A stretch of 64,000 bases of DNA from an uncultured virus (IMG/VR IMGVR_UViG_3300044641_005543) (Duplodnaviria > Heunggongvirae > Uroviricota > Caudoviricetes): IMG/VR virus record IMGVR_UViG_3300044641_005543; one strand, given 5' to 3'. The notes below the pieces were generated by a model that had not been told where the DNA came from, ran no database searches, and worked only from the letters and a program-made list of their open reading frames with translations. Below, one piece after another: positions 1-9,814 of the stretch (position 1 is the stretch's first letter; every line of letters begins with the position of its first letter). The translations under genes and the position numbers were made by a program.

Positions 1-34
1 ATAGAACTATTACCGTCCAAATCAATCACATTCA

Positions 35-1045
35 TTATATACCCATAGTCTTTTTGACTTCCTGATAAAGATTTTCATAAATATCTTTATTTTCAATTAG
101 AAAGTTTCTGACCTTTTCTGTTCCTTGAAATTTGTTCTTATCGTCATTCATAAACGATAGTGTGTACCAAGCTCCACCCTTATTAATTAGTCCTATATCC
201 ACAGCAAGATTGATAAGCTCCATTTCTTTATCAATACCTTTACCATATCTAATAAAAGATGTGATATTACCACCGGGAGGACCTAATGCTGAACACATAG
301 TTTGCCATTCAACTTCTTGACCTATTTGAGTATTGTCTGTACCTAATAACCAAGGTTTAAAACTTTTGGCCCTAAGCTTAATATCTGTTTGATAAGCTAT
401 TGCCTGCCCACTCTTTTCTTTAAATTCTGCACCATATCCAGTTGGATTACCCATAAGATGGGTTATGCCAATAACAATATTTTTATTAACAGGAATCACA
501 TTGGCAACTTTTCTACAAAATTTTGCTAATAGTTTTGCCCCATCTGCTCTTTGCATCTTATCCATATCACTGGTAATTTCTGCCTCAGTACACAAAGCTG
601 AATAAGAGTCTATTATTAGTACAGATCCAGGATCTTCATTAATAATTCTTTCGCCAATTTGTAGATATTCTTCTGCGTGTAAAATTTTACCTGTTTGAGA
701 CCCTATAACATCAAATTTATCTAAATTTAGATTCGGTATGCCCTCAATATCTCTTTTTTTCAATCTTCCTTCAATATTCAAGTAATATACATTTCTAGGC
801 TCTGAACCAATTGCATATTCTTCTCTTTGTGAGGTAGCGGCGAAGTCTAAACTCGTTGTTGTTTTTCCGCACTTCGGTTGACCTGTTAATACAACAAAAC
901 TACCTTCTGGAATACCTCCATTTAATATTAAGTCTAGTGCTGGACTTACTGGTATAACTATATTTTTTTTATCAATAATGCTATTAGCTGATAAAATTAT
1001 ATCATTACCAAAATCTTTTTTTATACTATCTTGAATTGCTACCAT
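35..1045 (-). CDS. recA: RecA/UvsX-like recombinase
   Basis: LDLILNGGIPEG, Walker A GQPKCGKTT, Walker B IIDSYSAL, C-terminal KGGAWY and KFQG motifs. Confidence 0.9.
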   Translation of the reverse strand: MVAIQDSIKKDFGNDIILSANSIIDKKNIVIPVSPALDLILNGGIPEGSFVVLTGQPKCGKTTTSLDFAATSQREEYAIGSEPRNVYYLNIEGRLKKRDIEGIPNLNLDKFDVIGSQTGKILHAEEYLQIGERIINEDPGSVLIIDSYSALCTEAEITSDMDKMQRADGAKLLAKFCRKVANVIPVNKNIVIGITHLMGNPTGYGAEFKEKSGQAIAYQTDIKLRAKSFKPWLLGTDNTQIGQEVEWQTMCSALGPPGGNITSFIRYGKGIDKEMELINLAVDIGLINKGGAWYTLSFMNDDKNKFQGTEKVRNFLIENKDIYENLYQEVKKTMGI

Positions 1046-1460
1046 TGTCTATGTCCTTTAATTTGTCTAGAATATTTTTTTTATGGCCGGAGTTTTGCTT
1101 ACCTTCTTGAAGAAAGTTTCTATCAACAGGTGGTTTGTGCGTATGATCTTTTTGCGAAAGCTCTTTCTTCGCTTGCCTATCTACTATATCGATCAGGTGA
1201 GGCGCTCGCAATGAATAAATTTTTACGCCATCACTAGTGGATAATGCGCTAATTATAGTTTTTGGATTATATTTTTTTAATAACTTATGCGCAGTAGCAA
1301 TTTGTCCTTTATATTCTTTTTCCCATTCTGATGAAACCCAAAATCTATAATGTAAATCCTTTTTATTTTTTTTTGCTATTCTTTCACATATAATCTCAGT
1401 AATGAATTGGGCAGCAGTGACAGTTTTACCATTAGAATACTTAGATGGATACTTGTTCAT
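1026..1460 (-). CDS. hypothetical protein
   Basis: 144-aa ORF tightly coupled to its neighbours. Confidence 0.6.
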   Translation of the reverse strand: MNKYPSKYSNGKTVTAAQFITEIICERIAKKNKKDLHYRFWVSSEWEKEYKGQIATAHKLLKKYNPKTIISALSTSDGVKIYSLRAPHLIDIVDRQAKKELSQKDHTHKPPVDRNFLQEGKQNSGHKKNILDKLKDIDNGSNSR

Positions 1461-1786
1461 TTATTTGGCTTAAAAATATGATCCTGTGATCTTCCTTGAT
1501 GATTAAATTTCTTTTTTGCATTATCATTGAATGCTGACGCTTCTCTAGTCATAATAGAGACATTATTGGTTTGTTTGTCTCTGGTGTGTCTTATCATTAA
1601 TTCTTTAGATGATTTTACAGGTTCACTTTTGGTTGCAAGTGTATTTGTATTTTGCACATGATGTTTTTCTATATGCTCTTTTACGGTATCAATTTGTAAA
1701 TTTAATTCTTCTGCTATTTCGTCGATTGATTTATTATTACTATATAGCCAATTAATAGCATATGTCGTTGATTTAGATAATTTCAT
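1457..1786 (-). CDS. hypothetical protein with N-terminal HTH
   Basis: KSIDEIAEELNLQIDTVKEHI resembles a helix-turn-helix. Confidence 0.55.
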   Translation of the reverse strand: MKLSKSTTYAINWLYSNNKSIDEIAEELNLQIDTVKEHIEKHHVQNTNTLATKSEPVKSSKELMIRHTRDKQTNNVSIMTREASAFNDNAKKKFNHQGRSQDHIFKPNK

Positions 1787-2161
1787 TTAATTTAACTCCC
1801 TTTCGGCATTGGTTAGCCAAGCCCTATTTTTTGTTCTTAAAAACGTCAAATACATCTCAAATACTTTGGCATTGACTTGTTTAAAGTCCCAAGCCTTTTT
1901 GCCAGTTTTTGCTAAAAATTTAGCACCTGTTCCTTCTGAGTATAGTCCGATTGGATCATAGATCTTACCGTATAATCCGGTTTTGATAAAAAATTTGGTA
2001 GATTGATCACCTATAATTTTTTTTGCACACACGTTTGGTTTTTCACTATTGAGTCTAGGATTTTTATCTTCGTCTATATATTCGTGTTGTCCAATCATAG
2101 TAAAATATTCTATGGTATTATTTGTATTATCTTTTGGCCTTACAAAAAAATCTTGATTCAT
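1787..2161 (-). CDS. hypothetical protein
   Basis: 124-aa operonic ORF. Confidence 0.6.
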   Translation of the reverse strand: MNQDFFVRPKDNTNNTIEYFTMIGQHEYIDEDKNPRLNSEKPNVCAKKIIGDQSTKFFIKTGLYGKIYDPIGLYSEGTGAKFLAKTGKKAWDFKQVNAKVFEMYLTFLRTKNRAWLTNAERELN

Positions 2162-2541
2162 TTTTTAATATTCCTTCTTTTTTTATTTCCAGATGTTCCT
2201 GGCCATTTTATTTTTGGTTGTTTTTTTACCCTAGACATTCCAGAAGGTAAAGGTTTTTTATATTGATCATCTTTATAGGCATTGTGTTTACTGTATAAGG
2301 CTTGTTTTTCATCATCGCTCATTCTTTCTGAGTTTCTCAATGCTAGGTCACCAATTGTTTTTAGTTCTGTATCAGATTTTTTTACAGAAGTATTTAATGT
2401 GATAGCATCTTTGGTTATGTTTCGCTCTGTTGAACCAGATTGACATACTACACATGATGGATTTGAAATATAATCTTTAATATAGAAAAATAGCTCAAAT
2501 TCAGAATGGCATTTATTACAAAAATAAGAATATGTTGGCAT
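2158..2541 (-). CDS. FmdB-family zinc-ribbon protein
   Basis: MPTYSYFCNKC...FE...CVVCQS N-terminus. Confidence 0.75.
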   Translation of the reverse strand: MPTYSYFCNKCHSEFELFFYIKDYISNPSCVVCQSGSTERNITKDAITLNTSVKKSDTELKTIGDLALRNSERMSDDEKQALYSKHNAYKDDQYKKPLPSGMSRVKKQPKIKWPGTSGNKKRRNIKK

Positions 2542-3128
2542 TAATAGTTAGATAATTGAGGCAAGTAGTTGACCCATTCTTCTGGCATATCGTCTTTTAT
2601 TTTATTCAAAAGCTCACACACAGGCAAGTATTTCAAATGTTTATTGGGTTTTATTGGGATATTGCACAATGGCATATTGGCCTCTTTGGGTGTTCTATTT
2701 CTTTTTTTTCTATTACATTCTATACAGGCTGTTACTATATTTGTCCAACATGTTGCTGATCTATTATCATCATTCCATTTAGATTTCGGTATTACATGAT
2801 CATATGTTAAAGTATTTATATCATATTTTTTATTACAATACTGACATGTATAATTATCTCTTATATAAATATTTTTTCTAGAAAATGTCACCAGTTGGTG
2901 ATTGATCTTAAAAAATCTTTGAGTCTTGGCTATTGCCGGTATAGGGTATTTTTTATCGACCCCATTAATATAATCATTTTTGTAAAAGTCTAATATTTCT
3001 ATGCCATACTTTGGATTATGTTCAAATCTCATAGACCATATCATAGCTCTTTGCCATGATATAATATTTAGAGGACTATAATCAGCATTTAATAATAAAC
3101 ATTCTTTATGCTTGTGTTCCATTTTCAA
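2541..3128 (-). CDS. HNH endonuclease (McrA-like)
   Basis: RDNYTCQYC, TYDHVIP, NIVTACIECN. Confidence 0.85.
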   Translation of the reverse strand: MKMEHKHKECLLLNADYSPLNIISWQRAMIWSMRFEHNPKYGIEILDFYKNDYINGVDKKYPIPAIAKTQRFFKINHQLVTFSRKNIYIRDNYTCQYCNKKYDINTLTYDHVIPKSKWNDDNRSATCWTNIVTACIECNRKKRNRTPKEANMPLCNIPIKPNKHLKYLPVCELLNKIKDDMPEEWVNYLPQLSNY

Positions 3129-3834
3129 AAGTGTCTAATCTTGATAAGATCTTGGCTATAATAGGATTTCTGACAATATCTGAAGATTCTAGTTTACAAT
3201 TTCCAATACCTTCAATTCCGTCCAAAGCGTTGATCATATTAATAAAACCTCCTTGTAGATGTCGGCTCAAGTCGGACTGACCTATATCTCCAGTAAGAAT
3301 AAGTTTACTGTCATGACCTACTCTTGTCAATAACATTTTTAATTGCTCATATGATGCATTTTGGCATTCGTCAGCAACTATAAAACAATTATGAAAATTA
3401 CGACCTCTCATAAGCCCTAATGGGACAACTTCGATTTTATTATTTAGTTTTAGAGACGCATATTGTGCCATACTGATAAAATGATTAATTTCATCAATAA
3501 TCGGCAATAAATAAGGATGTAATTTTTCTTCTGCTGTTCCTGGTAAATATCCAATTTTTTCCCCAGCTTCTATAACTGGTCTTGTAATAACAATTCTATT
3601 AACTTTCTGGTCCAATAAATATTCTAACGCCATACCAATTGCTATATGAGTTTTACCTGATCCGGCCAAACCTTGACAAAAAGTTATGGTATTTTCAGCA
3701 ACAGTTCTTATATACTCTTTTTGATTATCGCTTCTTGGTTTTAATTTATTTCTAAATATATTACCAATTTGGGTATGATTATCAATATTATTAGTTAAAT
3801 CAACAGCTTTTTTCTTTTTGTTATTTTTTCTCAA
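3106..3834 (-). CDS. phoH: PhoH-family ATPase
   Basis: GLAGSGKT, ITRPVIEAGEKIGYLPG, RGRNF, DECQN, GDIGQSD. Confidence 0.95.
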   Translation of the reverse strand: MRKNNKKKKAVDLTNNIDNHTQIGNIFRNKLKPRSDNQKEYIRTVAENTITFCQGLAGSGKTHIAIGMALEYLLDQKVNRIVITRPVIEAGEKIGYLPGTAEEKLHPYLLPIIDEINHFISMAQYASLKLNNKIEVVPLGLMRGRNFHNCFIVADECQNASYEQLKMLLTRVGHDSKLILTGDIGQSDLSRHLQGGFINMINALDGIEGIGNCKLESSDIVRNPIIAKILSRLDTFENGTQA

Positions 3835-3856
3835 TGGTTACCCTTTATGAATAAAG

Positions 3857-6049
3857 TTAAATTAGACATGCACCACCAGCGCAACTAATTTCCTCTATTC
3901 CGACCGTGTTATCCTCCGTTTCAGATAGTTGCGTATAATCAACCTTCTTAAAACTATTAAACAGATCGCAGTATATTTTCCAATTATATACATCTTTCAT
4001 ACAGTAAGTTAATCTTCTAGTATCCCCATCAAAATATTTACCGGCAAAGTTTTTCATTTTTGTCACAAATATTAATTTGGATTCGTGATGATCTTTGCTT
4101 GCTTGATTCAAAGTTACATAATCACAAGCTGCCCATAGATTATTATTGAATGCATTAAGAGCTAATTCAATTAAACCAGAGCACCATAATGCAGCATCCC
4201 CATACTCTTTAACAATTTCACGACTTGTATAAACTGTTGTAAATGGTGCTTGTGGATAGTCTTTGTCTCCACTTTGTGGGATTAAACTAATACCAGCAAA
4301 ATATTTACGATTATCATAAATAAATTTGGTTACATCAGTCCACTCTTCTGGTTTAACTGTGACAGTGTTGCTCACATTATGGCTAAGATATTCTTGGGTA
4401 CATAATGATTTATTTTTACCAGAATAGACCCAATTTTTTTGAGTATCTTTTACAATAGATAACATTTCTACTGCTGGTAATTGATTCTTTAATTTAGCAC
4501 CGTCTGGTACTTCTATTGGGAATTTAATTACCTCATCAGTATTATTGGCTGACCAACTAGACTTCTCACAGGCTTGCGGGTTTAGTTTTTTAAAGTGCTG
4601 ATATGGTGCTTCTAAAATATTGGCCTGTACATGTCTTATATATCGTTTGGCGTGATGAGGATGAATACCAGAACTTGTTCCCAGCATACTTGAACTGGTG
4701 CCTTCTGGCTTTAAACAGGTCACTCTAGCGGCCTGATTGATATTGATCTTTTTTGATAAAACCTTATTAGTTTCAACGGCCACTTTAGCTCCTGTTCTTA
4801 GGATCTTTTCTGATAGTACAAGGTCATGCTTTTCCATAGTGCCAGTTAGAGAAACTCCTAATAAGGCCTCTCTTGCAAAGATTTTGCAACTGGTCTCTCC
4901 GAGATAGTCTAATTTAGTAAAGCCAGCTTGTAAAGTACCAATAATTGCTGCCGCTTTGCATCTTTCATAAAAGTCATTTTCGTCTTCTATTGATGAACAA
5001 TTAATAGTAGAAAGATTGCATCCTTGCCATCCGCTTTTTCCGCTTTCCTCATCTACTGGCCACATACCTACCTCAACACATGGATTAAATGTCATTTCAG
5101 TAGAATCACTCCAAATAAATCCTGGTTCTCCAAATTCTTTAACAGACTCCATAAGTGTGTTGAATTCTTCAAACGTAACACTGTCTCTGAGTAAAAGGGC
5201 TGAATTGTTGCTTCGTGCTCTTTGGGGATTATCTATATACCAATTGCCAGTTTTAGCTTTTGCCATTTCTTCGTCATCATGACTAAACAATGCAAGACTA
5301 GCAGATCGTCTAACTCCGCCACTCAATACAGCGTCGCTACTATGCATAATAATATCATAAGCATCAATTGGACGTAATTTTTTTTGTCCATTAGCAATAC
5401 AACGGTCTAGTAGGGTTCGTATTTTTTCTAAGCCGTTCGCTAATGGTTCATAACCAGGAGCCTTACCTACTCCAGAAGCCAAAGAAGATCCTTTTGGTCT
5501 AATATTAGAATAGTCAAATAATATGTGACAATTTTTATATTGTTGGAATTCTTCGATAGGTTTACTAAAGTAACTACTCAATAAAACACCTAAAGCGTCA
5601 GACCAACCCTCAATACTATCATCAATTACATATTTAGTGCCTATGTCCTCTGGAGGATTGTGTTCTAATGTTGGTAATTTAGAAACATGGTGTTTTTGTA
5701 CACTAAACCCCGTACCACTACCACACAATAATAGCCAGAAACACTCTTGAAAAAATCTTAATCTGTCACAATAAGAACTTGTACAATTATATATTTTGGC
5801 ATGTCTTTTTAAAATTGGTTCGCCACCAAATTGTAATGCTCTTTGGCTTCCAAGAACTTTCTTTTTATACATCATATCATAAGCCCAATCTATATCGTCT
5901 TTTATATCAAACCCACCATAAACAGTGTGCATCATATTGCGAACCCTGTCTACTGCTTCCTTCCAAGTTTCACGACGATTTTTTTCTTCGATCCAACGAG
6001 CATATTTACTGACAAATGTATAATTCTGTAGTTCTTGAAGCGAGGACAT
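3857..6049 (-). CDS. nrdJ: class II (B12-dependent) ribonucleotide reductase
   Basis: YNC, GGVRRSA, RARSNNS, NPCVE thiyl Cys, KPEGTSS, C-terminal CAGGAC. Confidence 0.9.
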   Translation of the reverse strand: MSSLQELQNYTFVSKYARWIEEKNRRETWKEAVDRVRNMMHTVYGGFDIKDDIDWAYDMMYKKKVLGSQRALQFGGEPILKRHAKIYNCTSSYCDRLRFFQECFWLLLCGSGTGFSVQKHHVSKLPTLEHNPPEDIGTKYVIDDSIEGWSDALGVLLSSYFSKPIEEFQQYKNCHILFDYSNIRPKGSSLASGVGKAPGYEPLANGLEKIRTLLDRCIANGQKKLRPIDAYDIIMHSSDAVLSGGVRRSASLALFSHDDEEMAKAKTGNWYIDNPQRARSNNSALLLRDSVTFEEFNTLMESVKEFGEPGFIWSDSTEMTFNPCVEVGMWPVDEESGKSGWQGCNLSTINCSSIEDENDFYERCKAAAIIGTLQAGFTKLDYLGETSCKIFAREALLGVSLTGTMEKHDLVLSEKILRTGAKVAVETNKVLSKKININQAARVTCLKPEGTSSSMLGTSSGIHPHHAKRYIRHVQANILEAPYQHFKKLNPQACEKSSWSANNTDEVIKFPIEVPDGAKLKNQLPAVEMLSIVKDTQKNWVYSGKNKSLCTQEYLSHNVSNTVTVKPEEWTDVTKFIYDNRKYFAGISLIPQSGDKDYPQAPFTTVYTSREIVKEYGDAALWCSGLIELALNAFNNNLWAACDYVTLNQASKDHHESKLIFVTKMKNFAGKYFDGDTRRLTYCMKDVYNWKIYCDLFNSFKKVDYTQLSETEDNTVGIEEISCAGGACLI

Positions 6050-6138
6050 TATTTCTCCTAATAGAAAAGAATATGGCTATATCGCCAATTGATTGTGTAG
6101 ATTATTTTTCATTTTAGCGATACCGTTATTAGTTATTA

Positions 6139-6606
6139 TCATAATACACCACCCAAGTCTTTAAGCCAAGAAAGATTAGGTTGTATATAAATAATTTCTA
6201 TTCCGCTCATTGAAACGAAATTTTTAAAAATATTTTTTGCTTCTTCATCGAATAAATGTGTGCCATGATTATTTGACATAACTACTTTCTTGATACCTTC
6301 TTGCCATAGTGCCATAATACAATCATTACAACTTTGACCAGTAACATATGCTATTCCATTATCTGGTCTTACAACACAGTTTGATAGAGCATTTCTTTCG
6401 GCATGAATCATCCACGGATATTTTTCTGGCCGTGTTTTAGGTAATAAATCATCATCAAGTCCGCGAGGAAAGCCATTATATCCTACGCCTAGAATTCTAT
6501 CCCTAGAATCTGTGATAACACAGCCGTGCTGTGTTTGCATATCGTGACTACGTTGAGAAACAACTTTAGCCAAACCTAAAAAATAATCTGTCCACGATGG
6601 TCTCAT
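6139..6606 (-). CDS. dCMP deaminase
   Basis: GYNGFPRG, HAERNA, SCNDC Zn motif. Confidence 0.9.
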   Translation of the reverse strand: MRPSWTDYFLGLAKVVSQRSHDMQTQHGCVITDSRDRILGVGYNGFPRGLDDDLLPKTRPEKYPWMIHAERNALSNCVVRPDNGIAYVTGQSCNDCIMALWQEGIKKVVMSNNHGTHLFDEEAKNIFKNFVSMSGIEIIYIQPNLSWLKDLGGVL

Positions 6607-6612
6607 GGAACT

Positions 6613-6640
6613 ATTATAACAAAATGGATGGTCTGGTCAA
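6613..6640 (-). promoter_or_regulatory. sigma70-type promoter, probably giving a leaderless dCMP deaminase mRNA
   Basis: TTGACC-16nt-TATAAT ending 6 nt before the ATG; no SD present. Confidence 0.6.
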
Positions 6641-6643
6641 GTT

Positions 6644-6892
6644 TTATTTTGTTGTGAGCTTGTTATATAAAACTAGAGATAAAACGCCACCAGCAACACC
6701 CATAATTACTCCTGCTGGAGAAACAGCTTCGTAACTTCCTAGTAGATAAAGTATGGCACCTCCCATATATGAGCCAGCAACACCTAATGCTACTGTTTTT
6801 ACAAAACCAAAATTTTCTTCACCGGGTACTATACTTTTGGCGATAGAACCCACAAATAAACCATATACGCACCACACTAGAATATTAAACAT
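6644..6892 (-). CDS. GlsB/YeaQ/YmgE (transglycosylase-associated) membrane protein
   Basis: GLFVGSIAKSIVPG...TVALGVAGSYMGG; three hydrophobic segments. Confidence 0.8.
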   Translation of the reverse strand: MFNILVWCVYGLFVGSIAKSIVPGEENFGFVKTVALGVAGSYMGGAILYLLGSYEAVSPAGVIMGVAGGVLSLVLYNKLTTK

Positions 6893-7277
6893 TTGCTGCC
6901 TCCACTAAGGTTATGACTTCATCATCCTTGAGATCTGCTCCTGTATCTAACATAGCATTTAATAATTGCATACCATATTTAGCATATTGTTCTTTTGATA
7001 ATTCTCGTCTTAATATTCTTTTTATTCTCATTTTTGTAAACATACCACGACGAGAACTATATTCTTTGATTTCTGATCCATAAAGATTGTATTTATCTTG
7101 AGCAGTATACTCGCCAGATAGTTTATTTTTATTGCACTCTTGTAGTACTCTGATAACTGTTAGAATAATACTAATCATCATAAGTATAGCAATAACACTA
7201 CCAAATTTTTCGTCTTCGGGTACTCCAGCTTTATTTAAAACTTTGGCAGAAATAGCTTTTAACTTTTCATTATTCAT
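6885..7277 (-). CDS. hypothetical membrane protein
   Basis: single TM segment VIAILMMISIILTVI; start moved to the ATG overlapping the upstream stop. Confidence 0.6.
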   Translation of the reverse strand: MNNEKLKAISAKVLNKAGVPEDEKFGSVIAILMMISIILTVIRVLQECNKNKLSGEYTAQDKYNLYGSEIKEYSSRRGMFTKMRIKRILRRELSKEQYAKYGMQLLNAMLDTGADLKDDEVITLVEAANV

Positions 7278-7600
7278 TTTCGTATTACTCTGCATCCATT
7301 TGGAGTACAAATAGTACCACTTTTAATTACACCGGCTTGAGGAAGACTCTGCATATGTGTTCCTGTTTCTGGTTCACAATATCCACAATCAACCATCTTG
7401 ATACCGTCGCCACTAAGATACTTACCAGTACCCTTGCATACTGGACAATTTTTTCTCTTATATTTTGTATCTGGCATTTCGATATGTGTTGATTTGATTA
7501 TTCCACCAGCCAGAACAACAGATGCTGTAGTAGATCCTTTGTATTGAGATGATCCAAATAATACGGTTGCTATTAGTACCAACCCTAATAATTTATTCAT
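7274..7600 (-). CDS. signal-peptide protein with DnaJ-like CxxCxGxG zinc finger
   Basis: hydrophobic N-terminus; CPVCKGTG...CGYC. Confidence 0.55.
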   Translation of the reverse strand: MNKLLGLVLIATVLFGSSQYKGSTTASVVLAGGIIKSTHIEMPDTKYKRKNCPVCKGTGKYLSGDGIKMVDCGYCEPETGTHMQSLPQAGVIKSGTICTPNGCRVIRK

Positions 7601-7760
7601 TTTTTACTCTTGGAAAGATTCTTTTTCTTTTTGGTTTTGGATGATCCACGCTATCATCAGCTTCTGTCTTTTCTGGTACTATTAATTTAAGTACCGCCAA
7701 GATAAAAGTTAATAGCATACTAATTAGTCGTTGCAAAGCGATTCTATCTATTAGTCTCAT
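7593..7760 (-). CDS. 55-aa membrane peptide (not in ORF track)
   Basis: translated by hand: MRLIDRIALQRLISMLLTFILAVLKLIVPEK...KRKRIFPRVKNE; fills the gap between two genes. Confidence 0.55.
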   Translation of the reverse strand: MRLIDRIALQRLISMLLTFILAVLKLIVPEKTEADDSVDHPKPKRKRIFPRVKNE

Positions 7761-7771
7761 TATTATACACC

Positions 7772-9814
7772 TTATAAGTAATCAAACCCATAATCTGGTA
7801 ATTTTTGTACAGGAAATCCATTAAAATTACTAAAGGCATAAGTTCCATTTTGTTTAATCATGCCTTCTGCTACGTCACTATGAATTAAGAATGAACCATC
7901 TGGAATTGGACCCCATTCTGGATGACCACCATCATTCCACTTGCCCCAACTGTTTTGTACTAAAAATGCTGTTTCACCATTGGTATCATCGCAGGCTATC
8001 CAAGCCATACAATGAGCCCAACTACCACTAGTTCTAGCAAAACCCTTACTATCTCTTTTATTACTAAAACCATAATTAGAACAGACTGCTAATCCGTAGC
8101 CATTCGCTAATGCGTCTCGTGCTTCTTCGACACTTTTAATAAGTGATGTGGTTCTAATTTGATGGTCATTAGCTAAATCTAATACTTTATCTGGAACACC
8201 ACGACCACCCCATCCGGCACCTAGCATTCCGTCATATTTACTCAGATCAACAACACCCTTATAATTTTTACGAACAAGTACTCCGCCAATCTTATTAACA
8301 AATTCAGCAGCTTTACTGCCTGTCATACCTTGACCACTCCAACCACGAGCACCATAAATGGCTTCGGTTGCTCCTCTTGCTACCCAACTTTCCTTTTCAC
8401 CTAATATATCAATCTCTACTGCTCTACTAATATCACATGCGTTTCTTGTGCCGTGTGAGACACAGTTGTGTGAAATTATTCCATTTGCTATAAAAGAATG
8501 ATCATCTTTAACGTTTATACAATAAACATTATTGGTATAAGTTTCTTTTATTATTTTACTTATGGGAGCTAATAGACCTAAACTACAAGTTAACCGATTT
8601 TGTTTAGAACGCACTTTTGTCATCGTTGATAGTTCGGGATAAATCTTATATACCTGATCCCCATATAAATCTACCTGATACGCTTCTTTGCTTTTGTTTC
8701 TTGGAGGTCTAATTGTAATGGTATGTTGAATTTGTAAAGAAATTAATATATCTGAAATATTATGTATCAGTGTTTTAGATACCGATACTCCTACTAATTT
8801 TCGTCTTTTTTCTGTGGTAACACTACCATCTCCATCAGACCAGCCTCTTAAAAATGATAGCTTGTGCCATTTAGAAGAATTAAGAATTTCATTATCGAGA
8901 TTTTTGGTCCATTGATTACCTTTAACAAAGTGAGCAAATAGTCTGGCTACAATAATATTGGAACATCTCACACAACAGACATTTTGATCAACACGATTAA
9001 AAATACTAGATTTAGCACCAAATATATCAGATAACAAATATACTATACGGTCTCTGAGTTGAGTTTCTTTGATATTTAGATTAAATGTTATTCTTTCTTT
9101 ATTTGCTCCATCAACACCTCCTTCTGCGGCATAAAGTCCTATAAGCCACATAAGATCATTAGAAAGTTTGATAAATCTTTTAAGTTTATTCTTACTAAAT
9201 TTAACTCTAATAGTATCATTAATAATTTCATATTTTAAATCTGAAATATAGTTACTTAGATCTAAGATTTTATCATCGACCGAATTATTATTTTGTTTTG
9301 GCAAAACTAATAGATCGCCTTCCTTTAAAGATTTAGCTTCTATCCATTCATAACCACTATCATTAAATACCATGACTTTGTGATCATTTGTCATAGATAA
9401 AATTTTATCATACTTTTTAATATGTACATGGTTAATTTGTTTTTCTGTTGGCAATTTATTAATTAGTTCATAAACCGGTTTAGGTCTGTTATTGTGTGTA
9501 ATAACGCTTTCTCCAATTTGTATATCTTCGATATTTTTAAAAGAACCATCAGACATTAATACTTTGGTACCTTGGATTAAACAATCACCAGTAACTTGTC
9601 GTTCTTCATAAGGTTTTTTATCAAACTTCAATACGCTTTTGTATGGTGTTGATAATTTACCTTTACCACTATTTGTTATTCTAGAACTAGCATCACCAAA
9701 GTATGGATATTTTAAAATTTCCATTAAGTGATCAAATTCTAGTTGATTCCAAATAGCTCCTTGAAAGCCTTGTCTATAGTTATTATAAAGATCAATTGGT
9801 GATAGTCGAGCCAT
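7772..9814 (-). CDS. papain-like (C1) cysteine peptidase interrupted by an intein
   Basis: spliced product reads QVTGD-CVSHG (oxyanion Q, catalytic C), WAHCM (His), VQNSWG (Asn). Confidence 0.85.
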   Translation of the reverse strand: MARLSPIDLYNNYRQGFQGAIWNQLEFDHLMEILKYPYFGDASSRITNSGKGKLSTPYKSVLKFDKKPYEERQVTGDCLIQGTKVLMSDGSFKNIEDIQIGESVITHNNRPKPVYELINKLPTEKQINHVHIKKYDKILSMTNDHKVMVFNDSGYEWIEAKSLKEGDLLVLPKQNNNSVDDKILDLSNYISDLKYEIINDTIRVKFSKNKLKRFIKLSNDLMWLIGLYAAEGGVDGANKERITFNLNIKETQLRDRIVYLLSDIFGAKSSIFNRVDQNVCCVRCSNIIVARLFAHFVKGNQWTKNLDNEILNSSKWHKLSFLRGWSDGDGSVTTEKRRKLVGVSVSKTLIHNISDILISLQIQHTITIRPPRNKSKEAYQVDLYGDQVYKIYPELSTMTKVRSKQNRLTCSLGLLAPISKIIKETYTNNVYCINVKDDHSFIANGIISHNCVSHGTRNACDISRAVEIDILGEKESWVARGATEAIYGARGWSGQGMTGSKAAEFVNKIGGVLVRKNYKGVVDLSKYDGMLGAGWGGRGVPDKVLDLANDHQIRTTSLIKSVEEARDALANGYGLAVCSNYGFSNKRDSKGFARTSGSWAHCMAWIACDDTNGETAFLVQNSWGKWNDGGHPEWGPIPDGSFLIHSDVAEGMIKQNGTYAFSNFNGFPVQKLPDYGFDYL
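8465..9583 (-). mobile_element. 373-aa intein with LAGLIDADG homing endonuclease
   Basis: starts CLIQGTKV; block B TNDH; LAGLIDADG motifs IGLYAAEG and LRGWSDGDG; ends FIANGIISHN followed by Cys+1. Confidence 0.92.

Noticed and set aside
3857..6049. Intein or intron in RNR (also checked RecA, RuvB and ligase)
   Set aside because: Lengths and motif spacing are normal, and no C...HN-C/S/T splice signatures were found.
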